Shown here: positions 48,571 to 56,980 of the stretch, piece by piece | Numbering within the stretch: the stretch's first letter is position 1 | Layout: each line of letters opens with the position of its first letter | Assembly: GCA_028820695.1 (NCBI GenBank) | Contig: JAPPIB010000055.1 | Coordinates: forward strand, 64,015-128,014 | Source of the DNA: Acidiferrobacterales bacterium | GTDB taxonomy: Bacteria; Pseudomonadota; Gammaproteobacteria; Arenicellales; JAJDZL01 | Length of the DNA stretch: 64,000 nucleotides | Direction: 5' to 3' | The notes under the pieces: model-generated | What the model was told of the DNA's origin: nothing | The model's input: the letters and a program-made list of their open reading frames with translations, nothing else | Databases searched by the model: none | Position numbers and translations under genes: made by a program

Positions 48571-49326
48571 ATGAAGCACACGGTTCGCAGTTTTGCGATA
48601 CTGGCAACTTCTGCGCTTGGTGTCCATCTTTTTTACATTGAGTTCATCAGACCGAAGGCTGAGATCGTTATCGAAGCCGCCCGCCGGGCCGGGCAGTCCG
48701 CCCCCCGGGAATGGGTTGTCATTCTTAAGGATTGGGAACAGGAAATCTGCATCATCCTGATGCTGTTCTGCATAGTGCAGATTGTTCTGAAACTCAGGGA
48801 GGTCGCCAAAGAACAATATCTGTTCAAAGTCGATCTCTTTGCGGCCGCGGATCAGGAGGAAACCCCGCTTGCTGACACCCTGGAAGAGCTGGAATCACTT
48901 CCCGATCACATTGGACGCACCCAGCTCTTGGAGACGCTGAAGGCCAGTCTGCGCCGCTACCGCATAACAGAAGATGTTCAGAACACCTCTGATGCCATAC
49001 AGACAAGTGTAGAGGCATTGTCTATGCGTCTGGAGGCGGACAATACGATGATCAGATATGTTATTTGGGCCATACCTTCCATCGGGTTCATCGGTACTGT
49101 TCGCGGTATCGGTACCGCGCTGTCGCAGGCTGACAAAGCATTGGCAGGCGATATTTCAGATATGACCGCCAGCCTTGGAATTGCGTTCAACTCAACTTTC
49201 GTCGCGCTGGTAATCAGTATAGTGCTCATGCTGCTGTTGCATTCCTTACAGCGGGCACAGGACAAAAGACTGGTTGACATTCAGAACTATTGCGAAGAAT
49301 TCCTGCTCAAACGCATCAGTCGTTGA
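48571..49326 (+). CDS. MotA/TolQ/ExbB-family proton-channel-like protein
   Basis: It has a 4-TM layout with a ~85-aa loop. IPSIGFIGTVRGIGTAL ... ASLGIAFNSTFVALVISIVLMLL matches the family signature by eye. Confidence 0.65.
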   Translation: MKHTVRSFAILATSALGVHLFYIEFIRPKAEIVIEAARRAGQSAPREWVVILKDWEQEICIILMLFCIVQIVLKLREVAKEQYLFKVDLFAAADQEETPLADTLEELESLPDHIGRTQLLETLKASLRRYRITEDVQNTSDAIQTSVEALSMRLEADNTMIRYVIWAIPSIGFIGTVRGIGTALSQADKALAGDISDMTASLGIAFNSTFVALVISIVLMLLLHSLQRAQDKRLVDIQNYCEEFLLKRISR

Positions 49327-49339
49327 CTTGTGATTCGCC

Positions 49340-50404
49340 ATGAGGAAAACTCGGCGCAGTCAAGGCAGCACACTCGCATTTCTTGACGTAATGGCGTGTG
49401 GCCTGGGCGTGGCCATCCTGCTATTCCTGATCGTCAAGCACAACACCGGTGCAGTCGAGGATCAGTCAAGTCAGGTGGAATCAGATGCGAATCAAGTCGA
49501 GTTGCTAAGCCAGTTGGAAGAGCACGAGTCGCAGCTTTCCCGCGAGCTTGAACTCGCACGGCAAGCCGAATCAGCGGCGCGCAACGAATCCCGGCGACTC
49601 GACGAACTTGAGAAGAAACAAAATCAACTGGCAATACTCCAGAGCCAGTTGGAATCCGAACGTGTGCGAAAGACCCGACTGCAAGATGAAATAGTTTCGA
49701 TACAGCCTCGACAGGCAGCCGATGTACTAGAAAATTCCCAGGTTGGCGAAGAGAAATATCTCTTGGGACTGGAAGTCAAAGGGCGCAACATCGCAATATT
49801 GATCGATCGCAGTGCGTCCATGACAGACAACTTGCTGGTCGATATCATCAGTCGAAAAGTTCGATCCGACACCATAAAAAAACAGGGCCCCAAGTGGAAA
49901 CGTACAGTACGGACTGCGAAGTGGCTGTTGAATCGAGTCCCCGAAGACTCGAATGTGATCGTGGTCGCATTCAACGATCAGGCGCAGATATTGAATGAAG
50001 GTCGCTGGGCCAAGGGACGGGACAGCGAATCGCTTCAGGGGATCGTCGACGAGTTGGCTCAGCTGGTCCCCACAGGCGCAACGAATCTGGAGTCTGCATT
50101 ACGGGAATTGAAATCCGCATCGCCATTTGCAAGCGACCTGTATGTCATTACCGATGGTTTGCCGACCCAAAGCTTGTCTCGACCGGTGTTGTTCTCCAGT
50201 TGCAGGAACAGGTCGAATACGGTCAGCGGCAGTTGTCGCAAGGCATACTTTCACAGCAGCCTGGTTGTGGTGCCGGAATCAGGAACAGTCGTTAACGTGA
50301 TATTGTTGCCTCTGGAGGGAGATCCCGAAGCCGCGCCCGAATACTGGTCGTGGGCCGCGGTGACTGGAGGCACAATGCTGGTTCCGGCGGAAAATTGGCC
50401 ATGA
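49340..50404 (+). CDS. ExbD/TolR-like TM(Asp) - coiled coil - vWA (MIDAS) protein
   Basis: The basic N-terminus is followed by the TM STLAFLDVMACGLGVAILLFLIV with Asp16 (49385-49387) and a ~100-aa heptad region. The vWA domain has DRSAS (49805-49819), GATN and ITDG. Confidence 0.65.
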   Translation: MRKTRRSQGSTLAFLDVMACGLGVAILLFLIVKHNTGAVEDQSSQVESDANQVELLSQLEEHESQLSRELELARQAESAARNESRRLDELEKKQNQLAILQSQLESERVRKTRLQDEIVSIQPRQAADVLENSQVGEEKYLLGLEVKGRNIAILIDRSASMTDNLLVDIISRKVRSDTIKKQGPKWKRTVRTAKWLLNRVPEDSNVIVVAFNDQAQILNEGRWAKGRDSESLQGIVDELAQLVPTGATNLESALRELKSASPFASDLYVITDGLPTQSLSRPVLFSSCRNRSNTVSGSCRKAYFHSSLVVVPESGTVVNVILLPLEGDPEAAPEYWSWAAVTGGTMLVPAENWP

Positions 50405-51339
50405 AAAAGAAAAGACAAGGTACAGAAGTCTTCAGCCTGGCGTTTTTGGACATTGTAACTTGCGGATTTGGTGCAATCATTCTGCTGTTGCTGATTACAA
50501 GACCGATCCCGGTCGAAGTTGATGCTGTTCAGGAATCTGTTGACCTGACGTCCTCCATACAACTCGTGTTGACGACCATTGCCAGGTTGGAAACCGAGTT
50601 GGCATCAATGAGCATGACCAAGCTGGAAGTTCCCAAGACCCGGCCCGGTGACACGGAGACGCTTGACCAATCCATTGCACAAGCCGGCGCTGAGCTTTCC
50701 GATTTGAAAGCTGACAATCTGGGCCTTGAACAAGTCGTCGAGTCATTGAAGCGGATAACAATCCGAGCAACCACAGAACCAGAGCAGCGAGCCCCGGAAG
50801 TCGGCGGAATTCCGGTTGACAGCGATCACGTCATATTCATTGTTGACACGTCGGGGAGCATGATGGCAATCTGGGACCAGGTCATCGATGTCATATATAA
50901 AGTGATCGACATCCATCCAAAAGTGAACGGATTTCAAATATTGAATGACAACGGAAGTTATCTGATTCAGGGCACTCGACGCAAGTGGATTCCGGATACG
51001 CCAATCACGCGAAAAAACGTCAAGGGCGTATTGTCTTCGTGGGCCAGTTTTTCCAACAGCAGTCCCGTCGAGGGTTTGGAAGTTGCGTTGAGGACCTACG
51101 CCAAACGCAAGGAGAACATATCAGTCTATATTTTCGGAGATGAGTTTACCGGCTCATCCTATGACGCGGTGATTGACACCGTAGATCGTTTGAATATCGA
51201 CAACTCGACCGAAAAAGCGATCGCACGTATACACGCAGTCGGATTCATTTCGGGGTACAGCGGTGACCGCTATGCGACATTAATGAGATATGTGACTGAA
51301 AGAAATCGCGGGTCATTTATTGGGTTGCCTTTGAGGTGA
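50401..51339 (+). CDS. Second ExbD/TolR-like TM(Asp) - coiled coil - vWA protein (paralogue of the preceding gene)
   Basis: It has an ATGA overlap with the previous ORF. The TM is FSLAFLDIVTCGFGAIILLLLIT with Asp17 (50449-50451), followed by a helical linker. The vWA-like domain has DTSGS (50845-50859) and IFGDE. Confidence 0.6.
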   Translation: MKKKRQGTEVFSLAFLDIVTCGFGAIILLLLITRPIPVEVDAVQESVDLTSSIQLVLTTIARLETELASMSMTKLEVPKTRPGDTETLDQSIAQAGAELSDLKADNLGLEQVVESLKRITIRATTEPEQRAPEVGGIPVDSDHVIFIVDTSGSMMAIWDQVIDVIYKVIDIHPKVNGFQILNDNGSYLIQGTRRKWIPDTPITRKNVKGVLSSWASFSNSSPVEGLEVALRTYAKRKENISVYIFGDEFTGSSYDAVIDTVDRLNIDNSTEKAIARIHAVGFISGYSGDRYATLMRYVTERNRGSFIGLPLR

Positions 51340-51567
51340 GCCAATGAACTTCGGCTTGTTGCGATGCGGTTGTTTTCGCCGCGGATCAGGCTTGTTCCGA
51401 TACTTCTTTTTCACAATCTCAATATAGATGTAAATATCGAAGCTGTGGAAGTGCTGATAATGGAATATGACAGGAACAAGTCAAGAGCAGACCAAGAAGA
51501 TCACGGGTTGACTTATAGTTGGAGAGACAATCCTCATCTTGAACGCGCCTGCGCTTCATAAATCAGC

Positions 51568-51769
51568 ATGGCGTCGCATGACAGGAAATTGTCAAAATTG
51601 TTGAAAGACAATGGATGGGTAATCGATAGACAGCCACGTGGCAGTCACTAAACGGTCATGATTGGTGTCATTCTTCCCGCACAATGAAAACAATTTTCAA
51701 GGCAAATGTGGCGCTCATCTGCATAATTCCCTTCAGAAAGCGATGTGTGGATTCAGTCAGAGAATCTGA
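51568..51769 (+). pseudogene. Degraded hicA-type toxin gene remnant
   Basis: ATG 51568 to TAA 51649-51651 encodes MASHDRKLSKLLKDNGWVIDRQPRGSH, matching the HicA N-terminal half up to the GSH motif before a premature stop. A shifted frame (51662-51769) reads LVSFFPHNENNFQGK...SLQKA, weakly like the HicA C-terminal half. No hicB partner is present. Confidence 0.4.
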
Positions 51770-52509
51770 CTGAGAAATTCCTTGGTTCGAGGATCCTTTG
51801 CCTCGGAAAAGAATGTTGATGGCGGTCCATACTCAACGATTACTCCGCGATCGGTAAAGTAGATACAGTCCGCAACCTCACGCGCGAAACCCATCTCGTG
51901 AGTGACCAATATGCATGTCATTCCATCTTCTGCCAGATCCTTGATCGTGACGAGGACTTCCTTGACTGTTTCCGGATCAAGAGCTGCTGTTACCTCATCG
52001 AACAGCATAACCCGCGGATTCATTGCCAGCGACCGGGCGATCGCGACTCGCTGTTGCTGCCCTCCCGACAGTTCTCCCGGAAAACTGTCCTCCTTGCCAG
52101 TCAGGTTGACCCGTTTCATAAGGTGGACTGCGCGTTCCCTGACTTGTTCAGGATCTTGCTTGAGCACTTTCACCGGTGCCATCATGATGTTCTGCAATGC
52201 GGTACGGTGCGGAAACAGATTGTATTGCTGAAACACCATGCCGACCTTCTTGCGCAGCTCAAGCTTGTCGAGCTTCGGATCGTGCACCTCCTGCCCTTCC
52301 ACCCTGATCGAACCGGAATTGATGTCATTCAGTGCATTGATGCAGCGAATCAGGGTTGACTTGCCCGAACCGGAAGGACCGATCACGCAGACCACCTCGC
52401 CTGCCATGACATCCATTGAGATTCCTTTGAGAACCTCAAGTGAACCGAATGACTTGTACAAGTCCCGGATCGAAACGATAGGTTCGGATTCTGTCCAGTT
52501 CATAACCAT
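51757..52509 (-). CDS. Polar amino acid ABC transporter ATP-binding protein (GlnQ/ArtP type)
   Basis: It has Walker [11 protein letters not shown], signature [16 protein letters not shown], Walker [14 protein letters not shown] and TKEFLSQIL at the C-terminus. Confidence 0.9.
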   Translation of the reverse strand: MVMNWTESEPIVSIRDLYKSFGSLEVLKGISMDVMAGEVVCVIGPSGSGKSTLIRCINALNDINSGSIRVEGQEVHDPKLDKLELRKKVGMVFQQYNLFPHRTALQNIMMAPVKVLKQDPEQVRERAVHLMKRVNLTGKEDSFPGELSGGQQQRVAIARSLAMNPRVMLFDEVTAALDPETVKEVLVTIKDLAEDGMTCILVTHEMGFAREVADCIYFTDRGVIVEYGPPSTFFSEAKDPRTKEFLSQIL

Positions 52510-52563
52510 TCGTTTCCATTTGCAGCCGGTAGTCCGGCGGCGGTTGGCAGCGTCGCGACCATG

Positions 52564-53460
52564 TCAAAGCTTGACGGCATAACGTTTCTCCAGTCGAATC
52601 GTCAGTCGTGCGATAGGATAACAATATACGAAGAATATCATTAACGCGAAACTGTAAAACGGCACAAGCAGTTCCGGATGGTTGTTTTCCGACTCGATTG
52701 CCTGCCTGCTCAAGGTGATCAGTTCTTCCACGCCCAGCAGCGAGCACAACGGCGTGGCCATCGTCAGGATCGCATACCAGTTCATCCATGGTGGAATCAT
52801 CCGCTTGAAACATTGAGGCAGAATGATCTGCCAAAGAATCTGCCTTCTGCTGAAAGCCAACGACTCGGCCGCTTCCCACTGGCCTGTCGGTACCGACTGG
52901 ATTGCGCCGCGAACCACTTCAGATATGTTCGCCATGATGGGCAATGACAATCCGAACACCGCTTTGAACCAGTCGGGTACAGAAATGATCATTCCGCCTA
53001 TCGTAATCTCGAACGGTAACGCCAGCAGCACGATGAACAGAAGCACCAACCATGGAGAATTGCGAAATAACTGGGTCGTGAACTTGGCCGCAAACCGGAT
53101 TGCCCAAATCGGTGAAATCTGGGCGATTCCCAATAGAACGCCGGCCATGGTGCCGATCATCATGGTCAGAACCGAGATCAGCAGATTGAACAGAAAACCA
53201 CTCAAGAATAGAAAAGGAAGCCACTTGAACAGCGCCTTGATCGCATCGTCATATCCATAACCTGCGGCCAGCGCGGTGAGCGGCCAGATCAGGCACAGCG
53301 CAAAGGCGACTGGAACAATCCAGGGAGCGGCGCTGACCAGCCAGCTGCTGAATCCAACCAGTCCATTTTCGTCAGTTCCCCGATATCGGTAAGGCAACAG
53401 TACCGGCAAGTCGGTGCTCGCGCGCGCCTGAAGCCCGGGTATGGGCCGTGAACCCCTCAT
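52564..53460 (-). CDS. Amino acid ABC transporter permease (HisM/GlnP type)
   Basis: It shows FRNSPWLVLLFIV and the EAA-loop EAAESLAFSRRQILWQIILPQ. I chose the start MRGSRP at 53460, which forms an ATGA overlap with the upstream permease; the listed ORF extends to 53607. Confidence 0.85.
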   Translation of the reverse strand: MRGSRPIPGLQARASTDLPVLLPYRYRGTDENGLVGFSSWLVSAAPWIVPVAFALCLIWPLTALAAGYGYDDAIKALFKWLPFLFLSGFLFNLLISVLTMMIGTMAGVLLGIAQISPIWAIRFAAKFTTQLFRNSPWLVLLFIVLLALPFEITIGGMIISVPDWFKAVFGLSLPIMANISEVVRGAIQSVPTGQWEAAESLAFSRRQILWQIILPQCFKRMIPPWMNWYAILTMATPLCSLLGVEELITLSRQAIESENNHPELLVPFYSFALMIFFVYCYPIARLTIRLEKRYAVKL

Positions 53461-54218
53461 GATGATCCGTAGCCTGGAATCTTCATGGAATGCTCCCACT
53501 TGTGCATGCCAGCGACAAGAATCCCCACCAGTATGATGAAAACAACGAACAGCACCGTCATCGTCGGATAAAGTGCGCTTGGATAGTCGTTCCAGATGCC
53601 CACGCATTCGTAGAGCAGTTCGGGTACCGCAATTCCGATCGCCTGGGTAGTGGTCTTGATCAGGTTCACCAGATTGTTGTTCAGTGCCGGCAGGGAGACC
53701 CGAAATGCCAGCGGCAGAATCAGTTCCACGTAAGACTGGAATCTGGAAAACCCCAGTGAATCAGCAGCCTCCCGGGTGGACTCCGGAACTGCCTCAATGC
53801 CGGCCCTGAAAATCTCAACGTTGAACGATCCGGCAAAAAACGACAGTGAGATGATCGCCCAGCCGACATTCGAGATCAAAGGCACTTCGGTCCAGCCATC
53901 GGGACCGGTGATCGTGGGTGTGATCTGCCCCAGCGCGAAGTAAAAGAACAGCAACTGGACAAATGGCGGTGTGTTGCGGAAGAACTGGATGTATCCCTGT
54001 ACCAGCAACCGCACCCAGCGCTTGGGTGAGCCTTGCAGCCAGGCACCGACGATGCCGATGACGACCGACAGCAGCACACAGGCGACGGACAACAGGACCG
54101 TCATTTTCAATCCGCCTACAAGTCGCCACCATTGAAACGAATCGTAAAAGAAAATGAAGTTCCAGCGAGGATAGTCGTCCGCCAGCTGGAGAAAAAATGA
54201 CGTGATCGTCTCAATCAT
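53457..54218 (-). CDS. Amino acid ABC transporter permease
   Basis: It shows FFRNTPPFVQLLFFYF and the EAA-loop EAADSLGFSRFQSYVELILP. Confidence 0.85.
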   Translation of the reverse strand: MIETITSFFLQLADDYPRWNFIFFYDSFQWWRLVGGLKMTVLLSVACVLLSVVIGIVGAWLQGSPKRWVRLLVQGYIQFFRNTPPFVQLLFFYFALGQITPTITGPDGWTEVPLISNVGWAIISLSFFAGSFNVEIFRAGIEAVPESTREAADSLGFSRFQSYVELILPLAFRVSLPALNNNLVNLIKTTTQAIGIAVPELLYECVGIWNDYPSALYPTMTVLFVVFIILVGILVAGMHKWEHSMKIPGYGSS

Positions 54219-54252
54219 TCAAACAGCCTGTCGATTCTGCCTGTACAGACTG

Positions 54253-54287
54253 ATACCGGCGTTGAGGCGATGCCTCACCGCCGGTAT
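54253..54287 (-). other. Strong intercistronic stem-loop between the binding-protein gene and the first permease gene
   Basis: ATACCGGCG-T-TGAGGC / GAT / GCCTCA-C-CGCCGGTAT forms 9 + 6 bp with one mismatch and a 3-nt loop. No U-tract follows. Confidence 0.5.
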
Positions 54288-54300
54288 GAAACACTTTGGG

Positions 54301-55136
54301 CTATTTGCTCAGCCAGTCCGTGAACTTCTCGTTGTGGTCGACTAGAAATGCGGTGGGCTTGATGCCCCACTTCTTCTCCCATTCGATCAGCTGGCCACTC
54401 TGATGCCAACTGAAGACCATACCGGACATGAAGCGGCCGAATATGCAATCATTCTCGGCAAGCGGCACAGCCAGCCCCCATGGATTGTCATCTTCAGACA
54501 TGAGCGGCATTTCGAACGCATCGAATCTCCTGATGCCAGATCGGAGCCGATCGAGGAATCGTCATACACCCAGGCGACGCACTTTTTGTCGCGCAAAGCC
54601 TGTTTGGCTTCCGCATTGCCTGTGAATGCGACGATATTCACGCCGTACCGTTCGGTGACAATCTTGTTATAGAAAGCCCCCTGTTTTCCGCATACCGACT
54701 TGCCGCGCAATTCCTCCCATTCCTTGAAACCAAGTGCTTTGGGCGACATGATGTTGGTGCCTGATGTGTAGTAGTTCGGCTGAGGAATGCCGACAATTTT
54801 CCGCCGGTCCTCGCGATCTGACATCGTCGCGATGAACATGTCAGTCTTTCCCTGTTCAAGAAACTGCATGCGGTTGGATGACTGGACTGGGACCAATTCC
54901 ACTTCCACGCCCAAGGTGGAGCCGACATCCATCGCCATGTCAATTTCCATACCGACCAGACTCCCATCGGAATCACGGTATCCCCAAGGCTTGTAGTCCG
55001 CCTTGACACCGATCACAATCTTGCCGCGATTCATGATCTTGTTCCAGACGTCATTCGTACACTCGGCAACAACTATGCCGGCCCATCCAAATGTCAATGC
55101 AATCAGTGTCGTCAGTGTTATAGCTTTCTTCTTCAT
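54301..55136 (-). pseudogene. Amino acid ABC transporter substrate-binding protein, reading frame broken near 54515-54540
   Basis: ORF 54387-55136 reads a signal peptide plus the SBP body up to VYDDSSIGSDLAS, then turns into Cys/Arg-rich out-of-frame sequence. The conserved C-terminus (RRFDAFEMPLMSEDDNPWGLAVPLAEND...KWGI) continues in a different frame as ORF 54301-54510. Confidence 0.65.
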
Positions 55137-55591
55137 GATGTCCTCCTTAAATTATTCTCAAAGATAAATTCAGATGCGGGTGTCCTTGCCTGCCTCAGGC
55201 CTGTGGACTTGATCGGATATACAGTCAGTGCCATACCCACACAGAATCAACGCAACAGTACCGAAACCGATACGCCCTTGATGAATTAAGTATAGCCACT
55301 CGCGACTTCTATTTCAGCAGTGTCTATCCGTTCTAATCCGCAGATAGAGAGTGTAGGCGGTACCTGCGGCGTAGAGTTCAGTTCTCAGACGGTTTGTCGC
55401 ACCAAACCCTGATCAGCTGACAATCCTCACCCTCAACCGCGGTTGATTTGCCTCTTGCAAGACACAGGTTCAGAATCATCAGGAGGTGATTCAATCTTTT
55501 CTGTCCCATCTGCGATCTCTCTTGATTAAGTCCGTTAGTTGCTACAGTTATATACTAGTGACACAGCTGTCAACCTTCCTGCCGGTTATCT

Positions 55592-56977
55592 GTGGACTAC
55601 ATCAGCACACGAGGGAATTCCCCTGTCATTGACTTTGAGCATGCCGCGACCTGTGGACTCGCAGCCGACGGCGGCTTGTACGTGCCGGCATCGTGGCCGA
55701 AGTTCAGCCGCGACGAAATCGCCACACTGAAAGGGTTGTCCTATACACAGATCGCCGAAAGGGTAATCGCCCGCTTTGTGGGCGACACCATCTCCCCCCA
55801 ACAGTTGGGACTGCTGATTGAATCCGCTTACGAGGACTTCGATGACCCGCAGATTGCACCTGTCCGCGAGCTTCGGGAAGGGCTGTACCTGCTGGAACTG
55901 TTCCACGGACCGACACTGTCGTTCAAGGACTACGCATTGCAGTTTCTGGGACGTTTCATGGACTGGAGCCTTCGGCGAAACAGTCAGCGGCTCACAGTAG
56001 TTGGAGCGACATCCGGTGATACCGGGTCTGCTGCAATCAGTGCGGTTGGCGGATGTCCGGTGATCGAACTTTATATGCTGCACCCGTTTCAAAAGGTGTC
56101 AGACATGCAACGACGTCAAATGACAACCAATCAGGACCACAACATATTCAACTACGCGGTCGACGGCACTTTCGATGACTGTCAGGCAATGGTCAAGGAA
56201 ATTTTCAACGACAACGAAATGCGCATGCACCGATCACTCGGTGCCGTAAACTCCATCAATTGGGGAAGAATAACCGCGCAGGTTGTCTACTACTTTCACG
56301 CGGCCGTTCAGTTAGGTGCGCCACAAACAGCGGTTTCCTTTGCCGTGCCCACCGGGAACTTCGGCAATGTTTTCGCAGGGTATACCGCATCCTGTATGGG
56401 GCTGCCGATCGAGAGGATGATTGTGTGCTCCAACGAGAACGATATTCTGACCCGATTCTTTGAGACCGGTGTGATGAAAAAACAGGGCGTGAGACAAACC
56501 GTGACTCCGAGCATGGATATTGAGGTGTCGAGCAACTTTGAAAGGTTTCTGTTTGACTTGCTCGATCGCGACGGTCACGAGGTGACAGAACTGATGCGCC
56601 AGTTGCGGGAAAATGGACAATTTGAGGTTGATCCGGATACGCTGCACAGAGCTCGCAGCCACTTCGATGCTATTCGTGCGGACCAACGGGAGACCTGTGA
56701 TGCGATTGCCAGGCTGTATTCGGAAACCGGCATGATTATCGATCCGCATAGTGCTGTCGCCCTTTCAGCCGTTGATCATTTTGACTCCGATTCCGACAGT
56801 CCGTTGGTCGTGATATCAACCGCCCATCCGGCCAAGTTTCCAGATACCATCGAACGATCAGTCAGTGCCGGTGTGCAGGTTCCGTCACGGTTGGCGGGCC
56901 TGCTGGACATGCCGGAGCGTTACAGGCGAATTTCCAGCAATCCGGACGAACTGAAAAAACTGATGCTTGCTGCCTGA
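55592..56977 (+). CDS. thrC: Threonine synthase
   Basis: It has YISTRG, DGGLYVP and the PLP-lysine context FHGPTLSFKDYALQ, then SGDTGSAA. At 461 aa it is the long ThrC type. Confidence 0.93.
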   Translation: MDYISTRGNSPVIDFEHAATCGLAADGGLYVPASWPKFSRDEIATLKGLSYTQIAERVIARFVGDTISPQQLGLLIESAYEDFDDPQIAPVRELREGLYLLELFHGPTLSFKDYALQFLGRFMDWSLRRNSQRLTVVGATSGDTGSAAISAVGGCPVIELYMLHPFQKVSDMQRRQMTTNQDHNIFNYAVDGTFDDCQAMVKEIFNDNEMRMHRSLGAVNSINWGRITAQVVYYFHAAVQLGAPQTAVSFAVPTGNFGNVFAGYTASCMGLPIERMIVCSNENDILTRFFETGVMKKQGVRQTVTPSMDIEVSSNFERFLFDLLDRDGHEVTELMRQLRENGQFEVDPDTLHRARSHFDAIRADQRETCDAIARLYSETGMIIDPHSAVALSAVDHFDSDSDSPLVVISTAHPAKFPDTIERSVSAGVQVPSRLAGLLDMPERYRRISSNPDELKKLMLAA

Positions 56978-56980
56978 ACG

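Noticed and set aside
42261-51339. Interpreting the cluster as a Tol-Pal, TonB, Bat (aerotolerance) or Zorya operon.
   Set aside because: It lacks a TolB beta-propeller, a Pal/OmpA-like domain and a TonB C-terminal domain. It also lacks MoxR/DUF58 (Bat) and ZorC/ZorD-like genes or a long-tailed ZorA. Only the general stator logic is shared.
51364-51561. 65-aa plus-strand ORF after the cluster.
   Set aside because: It has no SD, an odd composition and no similarity I can recognise. It is more likely non-coding spacer next to the hicA remnant.
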